Shown here: positions 12,601 through 24,740 of the stretch, one piece after another
How positions within the stretch are numbered: the stretch's first letter is position 1
How the letters are laid out: the number at the start of each line of letters is the position of its first letter
Origin: Vezdaea acicularis
Lineage: Eukaryota
NCBI GenBank assembly: GCA_026025075.1
Contig: JAPEUI010000003.1
Location: 62,001-126,000 of the forward strand
DNA: 64,000 nucleotides
Direction: 5' to 3'
Notes under the pieces: model-generated
Seen by the model: the letters and a program-made list of their open reading frames with translations, nothing else
The model's database searches: none
Told to the model about the DNA's origin: nothing
Translations under genes and position numbers: made by a program

Positions 12601-15600
12601 AGGTGAAGTCTTCTTTTGAAAGGAAGTCGTTGCGCATCTTGACACGATGGCTTCGCGTCATCTGCTTCTCGTTGTCGTACGTGACGATACTTCCGATAAA
12701 GTCATCCTTGCGGATGATACCTTGGATAGTCTTCCAGCTATCGACTTTGTGACCAAGAAGAGTACATACTGCCTCAAGCGCAAGCTTTACACCTTGCGGT
12801 GGGCTGCCCATCGATCTTACCTCGGTTAGATGTTGGCGTCGAATGTTCTGTACACTTTTCTGAGCCTCTAGGACTGCAGGTTCGGCATTAGCAAGATCAT
12901 TCAGAACAATCTCTTTTCGCTGTGCAACCTCCTCTTCCTGCTTTTCTAGAGCAGCCTGTACCTCTAGAGAGGTCGTTTTCCGCTGCTCGGCCTCTCTTTG
13001 GTCAGCAACCATACGTTGGAGCTTCTCATTCGCCTCGGCATCCTTCCTTTCGAGTTGATTTTTCTTGGACGCAAGACTAGCGCGAAGATCTCTGACTTTA
13101 TCAACAGTGTCTCTGAGTTTCTCCAGGCCAACGTTTAGATGGCGTTGCTGTTCTTCAAGGTCTTCACGCTTCTCATTGTATAGCTTGACGAACTGGGCGA
13201 CAAAATCGAGGAAATGCCGTGGAGTCAAATAAGTGACCTTGCCTTGCTGCTTCTGCAGCTTCAAGTTGAAACCGTGCAATGAGTAGTGCATGTACACCAT
13301 TGAATTGATAACAGTCTCACGGTGCGACGGCGGCAACACGAGATCGCGATAGGCGACAGGGATAGTGTCCGGAGGAGCAAAGTTTGGCCGGTCGATGTCG
13401 ACAGACTGTGTGAGTTCAGAGCCGACTTGGAACAAGGCTTGATCCGACCAATCACCAAACCAATTAAGAACACAACGGTTGAAAAGCGCAGGACTTGTTG
13501 CAGCTTTGGATGAGAGACCTTCTTCGGGAGGATTCATGGTGAAGACGACGTGGAGATTTTTAATGATCTGTTGCGTGAACCATTTGTATAGTTCTTCTTG
13601 AGAGTCGAGCAAGAGACCTTGCCTCTGAGCCCCTTCTTTGCAAGCAGTCATCAAAGATGCGAACTCATCGCCCTCAAAGAGACCTGGCACCTCGGCGTTG
13701 GCCAGCAGGGTGTTCATGCGTTCCAGGAAACCCGAGTCAAGGACATTCGATTCATCCATGATGAAGCAAACCTTTTCGCCCTTGCATCCAGTACGACGCA
13801 GGACATCTCGAAGATCGTCATCGAAGTCTTCTGCGGAGTATTTGCCATGGACCTTGATCTGGAAAACCTTGAGCCCATTCATCCAGGCGACAAATCGTGA
13901 TAGAGTGGTCTTCCCGCTACCGCTAACGCCAATGAGGATCAGATGGCCTTGGGGCTGACGGAAGACCCGATCAATCCGGAGGACATGCTCCAAGACGTCG
14001 TTGAACAGCACTAATGGTGTGTCGACTTCCTCTTCACAGAAGGTCTTGAGACGTGCTTTGACGAACTCGCGTAGTTGTTCTCGGTCGACAGGGACATAAT
14101 TCTTGGATAGCCAATTTGAATATAGGATTGGCCCGCCCAAGGCCTTCCCTTCGTCGATAGTAGGGAAGTGCTCCAAGGCGATGCGCTGGCTAGCTTCCTG
14201 AGTCCACTTGCGCTCATCTTCCGCAACAAGTCTGTCCTGGAAAAGGCGAAGGGCTTCGTGCGCCCAAATCCTAACCAGGCCCTCAACTGTAAGCGTCTCA
14301 AGTGGTCGAATAGCCTCATAGACGCCGCGAACCCATCGAGTAAGCTCACGTGGACTGTACACGTAGTGCGGTTGGATCTTTGGAGTAAAGCGAGCTTGTG
14401 ACTCCAAGTAGAACTGAACCATGGCCTTTGTGAGTGGGTCTGAGAATCCACGAAGGGCAGGAACGATCTTGAGAACTGCGTTGTTGAACGTGCTATAGAT
14501 CTGGAAGAGGGACAATTCTCCCGGATAATCAACCATGATTAGAGGCGCGTGCCGTAGGAAGCGAGGGCCCATAGGTGTACGGCCGGCATCGGTGGGAGGA
14601 TTGCAGGCACCAACAAACTGAATGCGGTCCAAGGTTACCCAAGTCTTGTCTGTTGTCCGCCAGAAGCCGTTCTGTTCCACAAGCTGGCGCAAAAATGAGA
14701 TTGCGCGTTGCGTTCCATACTTGTCGGGAGCAGGTAGGTTTATTTCGTCGCAGAAGATGACCAGCCAACGTCCGATCTGAGTCGGAGACAGTATGACGCC
14801 ATTCAGAGTCTTCTTATATTCGCAATACTGTTCGAACGTCTTGATAAGTAGATCTGGAGTGGTGGCACTCGAGAAATTGAGGCCTACGACCTCCATGTTT
14901 GGAAGCTTTCGGAGGGCGCTAAACAGCGTCATCGTCTTTCCAGAACCAGGGGGGCCACATAGCAGAAGTGGCTTGTGCTCAGCCAGCCACGAGTATAGTA
15001 CATCCTCATGTCGTACAGTGTCAAGGGTTGGGATGACCATGTCAGTTTGAGTGATTGAATGTGTGTTCACCTCGATTGTAGGCACTTGAGACTGCCATGA
15101 TTGCCACTCGGCTTTGGGCAAAGTTACGTCAAAGTCGATAAGAGATGTCGATTCTCCCGAGGAAGGCAAGCCGAATGTTGTTAAGCCCACGACGAAGTCA
15201 CCAAAGACCTTACGATCGCTAAGTGGGCAGTCGCCAGTGAGAGACCACACAAGCGCAAGCAATAGCTTCTTCGAAATGTAGGACTCGATCTGTTCAGGCT
15301 CAAGCGGGAAATCCACGTGCTGGATGTTATACTCGATCATGCTGCGGCAAGACTTGTTAAGTAGCGAGAAAAGTGTGTTGAGGACTCGAGCGACAGTATA
15401 TTGCATAATGTGGTTGAATCTACGCGATTCCTCAAGAGCCTTGCCGATGAAGTCGTCTGTCGTAAGGTAATGCTGAAGAAGATCAGCGCTTAAGGTCTGG
15501 ACAGCGAGAGCCTTGGCGGACGCTTGACCGGCTGCGACGTTGTCCTCATCGAGATCCTCGAAGACGTTTGATCTCAATGTGCTGAGATAGTTTGTGATCA

Positions 15601-18600
15601 TCATGTCTGGAGTGACAGTATCATCACTGAACCAAACCATGCCACATCGACTGACAGTTGCCAATGTTGCGTATTTCAGTGTCTCTACTTCAAACATGAT
15701 TCGCACGTTTGGTGGTAGATTAAGACGCTCTCCATTGGGTAGAGTCAATAATTTGTTGTCGTCTAGCACACTGTTGAGATTCTCAACCCATTCAGGGTCG
15801 ACGTCGCCATCGAATACAATCCAATGTCTCTTTGAATCCTCACCACGTAGGTTGTCTACGATCTTCCTCAGGATGCTTGTGAATAGACCGTCTGTCCATT
15901 CCCGAGTAGTGCTGTCAAGATTACCATATAATGCCTCTTTTGACATTACCTTCGAATCGATAACATGACAGACACCCTCGACACCCTCGACCCTTTGCAA
16001 AGCTTGCAGGAGGACTTTCCATGCCGCTGATTTGCCAGAACCAGAATCTCCCACCATCATCACACCATGGTGGATCGTCTGAATCTGGAAGAGCTGCAAT
16101 ATCTTGGTCATCCAGGTGTCGTTTACCACAAGATGTCGCTCCGCGGCGATACTTTGAATTGCTGTTTCCAATTCAGTCAAAGTTGCGGGAACATAGTCGA
16201 CTCCAGGGAAAGCCTCGGCCTCTATGGACTTCATGATCTCCACGTCGTCCTTGATGAGCTTGGGTGCGATAGTCTCACGAATGCTCTGAACGATGATTTG
16301 AGGCTCAACCTCTTCTTCAGGGCCAAGTTCTCCGCCATTACTGGTGAGGCGGAGACGCTTGAGACCACCAGAGCTGACCAGCACACTCTTCAACGCGCGT
16401 AGACCGAAATCGTAATGCGCTTGCTTAGAAAGCAAGGCTGCGCAGCGGTCGAAGAACGGCACTGTTTGTTTTGAAAGCTGCTTTGCTTGATTGAACCCCT
16501 GGGAGTAGAGCATGACTTCCGCGATAAGCTCCTTATCAGGCTTGGACATTGCAACACTTCGAAAGAGTTTCTTCAGATTGTCGGGAAGGTTAGAACGTCC
16601 TGCATATCCAGGGTTCATGGTAATGAAGATGCCAGTATCCTCATTCACCCTAAGCTGACGGCCCACGAGCTCGATTTGGACTTTGGGATCATCGACGCCT
16701 TTCTTTAAGCCCAGTTGGATATTCTGAACTTGCTGTGAGACAGCAGAGAGTATTCGCTCCTCTAATCTGTTGAACTCATCGAAACACCCCCAGGCACCGA
16801 CTTGACATATGCCAAGGAAGATACGACCCATAGCTTGAAAGTCGAATGTATCGTCGCAGCAGAATACCAACGTGAAACGACCGAGCTGCACACCTAACGC
16901 TTTTACAGATTCCGTCTTCCCTGTTCCTGCGGGGCCGTAGGGCGAGCCTCCGAGCCGTTGGCAGAGAGCTTGGGTAAGTGTGAGGAAGCAGCGATCGGTT
17001 AGAGGCGTACGAACGAGCCGTTCTGGAACACCAAGGTACTCGAAACCATAGTTGAGCAGCGCGTTTGCCATCTTAACATGAAGTCTTTGCAGATAATCGC
17101 CTTCTGCTTTGTAAACATAACGCATCTGAAGAAGCCACATGTAATGGCTTATGTTGCTGGCCTTCAAATTAATTAGCTTGTCAATGACGTCCCGTTGATG
17201 GACGCATTCCGTGATCAGATGCTCGCACTTCTTCCGTGCGATAGGCTCAAGATCTCCAAGGACAGTCGCTGCTAGTAGCTTCAAGATCTTCACCTCTTGA
17301 TCGTATAAAGCTGGTAAGTCGGAGCCTCCTTCATCAAGTGCGGCTTCAACAGCCATTGTCCAAACGACTTGGGTAGCTAGCACAACGACCTGGGCCGGAA
17401 AAGCGGCAATGTATTTGGCAAACTCAGCTTGATCAATCTCGTCCTCACCAAAGATGACCTCAAACTGCTCTACTGCTTCCGCAAGCAATTCAGCCAGAGT
17501 AGCTTTCATACTGTTCTCGAGCGCAGCGAGCCAATCATTTATCTTCGGAGTTTTGACGAGAGAAATCTCCTTCTTGAGTTGAACCTCTTCACCTTCCTTA
17601 GAAGAGAAGCCGGTTATGATAGAATCTTCAGTCATGACGAGACCAGAAAGCCCTGCAAACATCTTCTTGAAGTGCTTTGCGATTCTTAGTGTGTCATTGC
17701 TGTTCCCAATGATTTCCAAAAGGTCCTCATCGCCAACGAAATAGAATCTTGGAAAGGAGACACGCTCGCGCTCAAGATACTCTCCCAAAGCTTTCTGAAT
17801 CTTGTTGAGGAGCTCCGCGAGCCGCTCAAGAGATTTTTGAACGCCAGATATATTGAGCACATCAAGCACGAATGGCGACTTGTAGACCTTTTTCATGACA
17901 GCGTAGAATTCGGAGTTGATGTTCTGAAATCGGGATGACTCGATTGGGAGAAGGTGTTTGATATCTGCATTACCAGTGAAAACTCCTTCCAGGTAAACCC
18001 ATTGGCGCTGCACGTCTATCCACACGTCAAATAGGACGTGAACTCGATTGAGCCTATCTTCCCAAGAGGAGGCATCGTCTTCAAACTCCTTGTAGTACGG
18101 CGAGTGTCTCATTGCTTGCAGTGAGTTTAGATTCTCGCTACACTTTGCGAAAAGATCATCCCAGCCCCGGATTAAGCGGCACTTGTTCTGATAATTGACT
18201 AAGTCCAATGAGTAGTTGCTCCATGTCTCACGGACTTGCTTTAAGAACTCTTCGAGGGCCATCTCGCCTTGGGCTTGAGCAATGATATCGCGAATGATAG
18301 CCTCGGTTGATGAGAGGTTTAAGTCCCAGACGTCGCCCAATGTCATAGAGATTGCAGAATAGCGCTTATTGGGTTTTAACGCCTTGAAGATCTTAACCCA
18401 ATGCCGTTCCCTTACTGCTTCCGACTTCATCTCTGAAAGTAGTGGATTGACCTTCAGTAGTTGACGTAGTACGGTTTGGACATGCTCAAATGCAGCGTAT
18501 TGTCGCATTCGACTGGGCATTTCCTTGGTCATCTTGATCAGACCATCGAGTGACTGCCGGAGCTTTCGGGGCTGGACAGTAGTCCACAGTGCCTCTCTCA

Positions 18601-21600
18601 ATTCGTTCAGGCTTCTCCAGATGGTCGATAAGGCGGCCCAAACGGACTTGAAATCCTGTACTTCCTCAAGAACAGCTGAAAGCGCGGTATCGGGGCTCGG
18701 CGGTAAGTCGAGTGCCTCTTTTGCCTTGGAGACCATCTCCGAATCGGATCGAAGGCGAGTGAGTTGAGTTTCGAACGAGCTTAAAGTCGCTGATGCCTCT
18801 TCAGGGGCTATCGTGCCTGACACAGGCTTCTCTTGGCCCCATCGAGCGATGATCTCGGCGATCTTATCGCCAACCAGTTTATCCTCCGCCGTAATTTTGG
18901 CTTGCAGGGCGTCAGTCTGATCTTGTACGATCTTGCCTTTCCGTGTGAGGATATCATTCAAGGCATTCCACTCGTGGTCTATCTGCTCAACGTAGAGCCA
19001 GTCGGATAGAAACTGATATCGTTGGCGGTTTAATGTTGATTCCCCTTGTCTGAATAGATCGATCTCAGGACCCCAAGCCTTGACCTTCCGCTTGCTTTGC
19101 TGCACGATGGTGATGAAAGTGACAGCCTGGGCTGTAGACGATGCCTCCAAAGATAAGCCCTCAAGATCTCTTCTCGCTTTCTCAACATCCGCGTTGACAT
19201 CGCGCATCCGGTTACCAAGGCGTCCGGCAAACTTTTGAAGAATCTCATGTTGCCATTGGTCGTACTTGGCGTTCACTTTGGTTTGCACCTGCTCATAATC
19301 TATAGTGATGTTGCCGAAGGAGCGGCTGACCTCGGATGTGTCAAAGGTAGAGCGAGTTTTCCTAATTTCTTGCAGGAGCTGAAGCCACCGTGCGAGTTTC
19401 TCGCCAAGAGTGTCGTAAACTTGGTCCGACTGAAGATCCCAAAGCGATTGAAATTGAAGCCATTTGTCGACATAAGCGCCGATCTCTTGAAGCTTGCTCT
19501 CTATGGCATTGTAGACTTCAGTCAACTTAGCAGCACAGAGACCAGGCAGATCAGTAAAGCGTGTTTCAGCCTCACTAGAGCCGTTCAGACCAATCTTCAG
19601 CTCGTATCTTGAAGATTTGACCCTCTGCACGTTGCATACGATTCCAATCCATGCATGCAATTGAGTTACCCAGCTAGCCCTCGCGTACTCTAGAGGTGGC
19701 TCAAGGTAGATGACCTGATTTCGCATCGAAACCTCGTGGACGAGGCGTGGTAACTGAGGGTCAGAATCCAGGTTCGACTCTTTACCCTGAGTTTGGCTGT
19801 GGCGTTTTCGAACACTATCTTCGTTGACACCCTCATTCCGAGCATTCTGAAAAACGTGAATCCACCGTGATATTGCCTTGTCTAATCGAGCCAGGAGGAT
19901 CGCTTCAATACGTTTATTGACCTGCGTGACCCAATACGTCAAGTTTACGTAGTTTTCCAGGTTGAGCTGATCAACCGCGTTTTGAACAGTTTCCAGTCGG
20001 CTTTGGAAAGCGCCGGCACTGTACGCGCAAGTCTCTAGCTCTGCTAGAGCTTTCTGGACTGTCTCATTTACGACCCAGAGGGTGGTTGTCTTGCTCGAGA
20101 GTATCGAAACCGCGACCGCAAAATCTCGAACGAACTGGACATGCCTGCTCTCTGAGCGTCCTGACCCTGGCTGATCGATACTTCCATTTTGATAGCTGTA
20201 GTTTCGAATCGAGATATCATAGTAATGGACGAATGATTCCCATTTTAGGGGAATACCCTTCATGATAAGAGCTTGCACGTCGTTGTGATAGCCGCAAAGG
20301 AGAATGGACACATCCGACATCTCTGTGATGGATCGAGTGGTTGACTTATAGGTGTTCACGCTTTCCATGAGGCTCATTGCGTATGGATATACCCGCTTCG
20401 CCTCTTTAGAAGTATTGCTGATAGCATGTGGGACATTGTAGTTTAGCCACGTCAGGTTTCGGACTTCCTTGAAGAGCGTTGCAACTCGAGAATTGAAGTT
20501 GACGCTAATCTCCAACGCATTACCGGCTGCACGATTCCGTATTATCTTGAAAAGTCGTCCTTCTATTGCAACTTGCCTCGATGAGACGTCTTGAAGCCAT
20601 GCCTCAAAGATCGGTCGCGTGTCTAGCTTCTTTCGAAATAACTCGCTTTCGGCGCGCAGTTTTGCCCCTTCTGAGTGTACTGCCCAACTTCGACCGAGGA
20701 CGTCCTCCACCTTGCCCATATACTGGTCTAGCTGTCTCTCAATCTGTCGAACCCATATGATGGCACCAGCTGTTGGAGGAATGTCATGTAGATTGTCCAT
20801 CGCGGCTGCTTCCGAGTTACCATACTGTCTCTTGAAGCGCTCGTGTAAGTTTGCGATGTCGAGCTTTACACTGTCGAGAAGTTGTGCTTGGTATTCATTG
20901 ATAGCGCTGCGAATCTTCGGACGGACGAACAATGCGTTGAACTTTGAGAAGACGCGGAACATCTCGTTCGCGCCCTTTGCGGTCGCCAATCGATCTCGTA
21001 GACGAGCGATGATAGAGTTCTCTACTCGCGATGTCCGCTCGCTGTAATTGATCTCGGCCTGGACCCAGATCTGCGTGCCCTCTTCTGACACATCGAGCAC
21101 ATCAACATCTTTCAAGGCATTATATGCCTGCGCTACCTCCGCTACGGCATCGACATCGCCAATTTCCTCCACCAGCGCAACGCCATTCTGAACACCTTCA
21201 TCGCCATCAGCTCCACGAGCTTTCTTGGGGCCAAGCACGTTGACTATGGTCCGCTGAAGTTGCTCATGATTGACCCGAAATGTGTTCATATACTCAAGGC
21301 GAATCTGCGTTTGGATATGACGTCCGTTGACTTTGACTGGAATAAATTTCTCATTCCTCCGTCTCATGACTTCACGCGCAACATTTGTGAATTCTTTGAG
21401 GTGCTCATCCCAAGTTCGCCAGACACCATCAGCCTGCTCCATTAGTGCCTGAAAGTCCTTGAAGTCCAGATGCATCAATGTACGTCCATGAAGCAAGGAA
21501 TGAATCTGAGAGTCCAAGTCTGCAGAGATAGCTTCGACAAGGGGTAACGCTCGAGTGATAGGGTAGGGACATATTCGAAGCTTCTTGTTCAAGTGACTGA

Positions 21601-22808
21601 ATATGTCGTAAATGGCGTCTTGGACCTTTTCAAGCGAAGTCGCTGACAGGAGCTCATCTAGGGGGAAGTCTCGCATGAGCTGGTTATACTTCTGCACTTT
21701 TTCTGTTGCCTCTTTTAGGCCTGTATCCGCCGAAAAGCTGACTGTCGCCTGGAATCGCTTTGCATGCCGTAATATCTCAAGCGTGAGCTGTACGCCATCG
21801 CTACGTAACTTTTCCTCGATACCTTCCAGCGCAGATTCCATAGATAGCCAGAAGTTGATCTCCTGCGTTGCAGTACCACTTTCTGGATCCCGAGACATTT
21901 TGGTTATCCCCTGTATTGACTTGATCCATCCGTTGACTGTGTTCTGGAGACTATTGAGGAAGCTGCTGTCGGCCAATAGTGCTGGTGTCAAGAAGTCGAG
22001 TGTAGCCTTAGTCTTGCTGCCAGCAGCCTCGTCGATTGCATTTTGTACCATCGGGTGCAGAGGTAATGCTAGATCCGGGATCTCGATGTTTTGTTGCAGA
22101 TGTAATAGGCTGAGTTCGAGCTCGGCCATCTTCTTCTTTGCTCCAGGAATGCCCGCCTTAGCCTCCGTGTCAGCTTTGCTTCGGTTTCCGTTGACGCCAT
22201 CTTGACCTCTCGTGTATGCATCGAAGTATGGTGCAAGCGCCAGATGGACGACGGAATGGAGAACCTCAAAGGGTGAGACTGAGGACCCTTGGTTTGATAC
22301 GGCATTATTTAATAAAGCAAGACCAGGTAAGTTTATCACTTGTATCTGAGATGTGATGGGGATGGTGGGATCTATAGGTTGTGGCCGCTTCAGTAGCGCG
22401 ATTGAAGCGGCTGTAGTTGTGGAAAAGGATAGCTCTGACGCCAAGGCGTATATGTACTTTGTCCCTGACGCTAAAAGTTTATAAGAATGATGCTTTACGA
22501 GTGGGTGGAATCAGTCATTTACCTGATGCTTCCTCGGGGCCGTCGATGGTCTCCGTGGAGACAGCATCTTTCTGGACATAGAGAGCAACCTGGGTTTCGG
22601 AGGCAAACCTAGTACATCTCTGCACTGTGTCGGAATATCTCGATTTCGACAGTAGGCTTCCCGGACTCTCCAGATCCTTTCTCGTTGCCCCGAGCGTTAT
22701 CTGTAAAAGGCCTGAGAGGTAGTCGACCACTAGTGTTGGATCGATAGTGGGGAACGGGTTTGTGGTCGAGACCCCGTTCGCTGCCCCTGGAGAGAGGGGG
22801 CCCTCCAT
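9626..22808 (-). CDS. DYN1: Cytoplasmic dynein heavy chain (nudA/ro-1/DYN1), about 4359 aa; exons 22808-22523, 22470-10157, 10105-9626
   Basis: Four P-loops ([32 protein letters not shown]), the motifs CFDEFNR and [19 protein letters not shown], and the coiled-coil stalk are present. Two GT-AG introns restore one frame. Confidence 0.98.
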
Positions 22809-23129
22809 GGTGAGTCTTGCAGCAAGGTGAAAATGACTAAATCATCGTTCATTCGTCGTAAAGCCCGTCGTAGACTCGTGGGAAGAGGTTGTGGAACCGA
22901 AAACTTCCCCAGCGGACGTAAGGTTGTTGGTGGTGGTGTCGTTGTTGACGATATTTGCTAAGACGAGCCCTTCGGCAAAGAAAGTTCACGATGTCGCGTC
23001 GCTTGGGGGCCGAGCGTTGCGCGGCTGGGCTTTTTCACCGGCCGCAGCTATCGCACCGGGTACCGATAAGGACCCTTCATGCAGGCACGACATCCGCATG
23101 TGATAAACGATCTTCAAGCACCGCTACTA

Positions 23130-24615
23130 ATGGATACACGAGTTGCAGCACCGAAACCAACATGTATTGCAAGTACCCTCTCCACGTACCAATGCACCAT
23201 CTCCGAAAGCCACTGTCGAGAATTGGTAGAGGCAAATGGAGGCCAGGAGGATGAGCACAGAAAATTGCGGCCCTTGAGCGCCGAGAACGAGTCTAATTAC
23301 TTCCAGCAAGCGCAATGGTAAGTTAGAGACTTGAACCCCCTCCACTCCTGAAAAAGGATAGGTGAAACACATTTCTAGAGTGCTAATATCTCAAATCCCA
23401 GGTCAGCGGACGGAACAACCCTCCTGACAACCTCAGCAGACAACCGCATCCGAACCTTCATCGCACCCCCCGACCTTCTCGAGCCCCATCCCTCCCCCAT
23501 CCACCTTAAACCCTACACCATCACCTCACCCGGCGCACCAACCTACGCCCTCGCTCTCCACCCATCCTACACCCTCTCATCCCCCTCCAGCACACTCTAC
23601 CTCTCCTCCCACCCGTCCCACCCTCTCGCCCTCCGCTCCGCTCTCTCCCCCACCCTCCTATCTTCTTACCCCCTGATCCATGCTCCCACCGAATCCCACC
23701 TCGCCGCCTACTCCCTCCTCATCCCCCCTTCCGCCCCACACACATTCCTCGCCGGCCACACCAACGCCATCTCCCTCTTCAACCTCCACCGCCCCGGCGC
23801 CCCGCCCCTAGCCACCTACCCCACCATCCCGTCCGCCCGCAAAAAGCTCGTCGGCGGCGGCGTCGGCATGAAAGGAATCGTCTCCTACCTTGATCTCGCC
23901 CCCACCACCAATATCCTGGCATCAGGCACCTTCACGCGCTCTATCGGACTCTACGACGCTTGCGGCGCCGGCGACACTATCGCCGTCTTCGCTCTCCCGC
24001 CCGCGAGCGAGCTGGGTATCGGCGGGCAGGGCGTGACGCAACTTCTGTGGAGTCCATGCGGGCGCTATCTGTTTGTCGCGGAACGTGGGAGCGATGGGGT
24101 ACTCCTCTACGATATCCGGGGGACGGGCAGGCTCTTGGGCGAGCTGGTCGGGAGGCAAGCAAGGACGAATCAGCGGCTTGGAGTAAATGTCGTAGGGACA
24201 GATGCGGGCTTGGAAGTGTGGGCTGGAGGCATGGATGGCGTGGTTAGGGTCTGGCGGGATGCGCAGCTGGGCGAGGGGAGGAGGGAGGCGGCATGGAGTT
24301 TCCGGGCGGGGGATGGTAAGTCTTCAGGAAAGGGCGACAGTGCGATGACTTGCTAACTGGAGTGTAGACCCGATTTCGTCGGCGGTTGTTCATCCATCTG
24401 GATGTGTGGTTGCGACGTGCTCGGGGCAGAGGCAGCTGACGAGGCAATTTGCTGATGAAGACGAAGAATCAGAGTCCGAGGAAAGCGCGGAGGAGACGAG
24501 TAGTTCTGAGGCTTCGAGCTCGGTGTCATCATCATCCTCATCACCTTCCTCTTCTTCTTCTGGCAATCTGCTATCGGCTAGATTCGATAACACATTGAAG
24601 ATCTGGAGTCTCTGA
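23130..24615 (+). CDS. WRAP53: WD40 protein, WRAP53/TCAB1 (yeast Swt21)-like; exons approx. 23130-23317, 23402-24316, 24369-24615
   Basis: After splicing it reads NYFQQAQWSADGTTLLTTSADNRIRTF, GMKGIVS, GVTQLLWSPCGRYLFVAERGSDGVLLYDIR, RTNQRL and VHPSGCVVATCSGQR, and ends DNTLKIWSL. These match the TCAB1/Swt21 family. Confidence 0.85.
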
Positions 24616-24740
24616 TAAATCAAGCACCTTTCGCAAATATCTAACGGCTGAGTACGTGTAGTCAAGTCTCACAACAAAGAGATAGGCAATGTAGCCCCAT
24701 TCCAAACGATCGAAGATTCATTTCTGACTCCTTTCGAAGT

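Noticed and set aside
10354..22305. Many antisense or alternate-frame ORFs within dynein (also within CCT1, PET8 and WDR48)
   Set aside because: These are shadow ORFs of long coding sequences, with no independent motifs.
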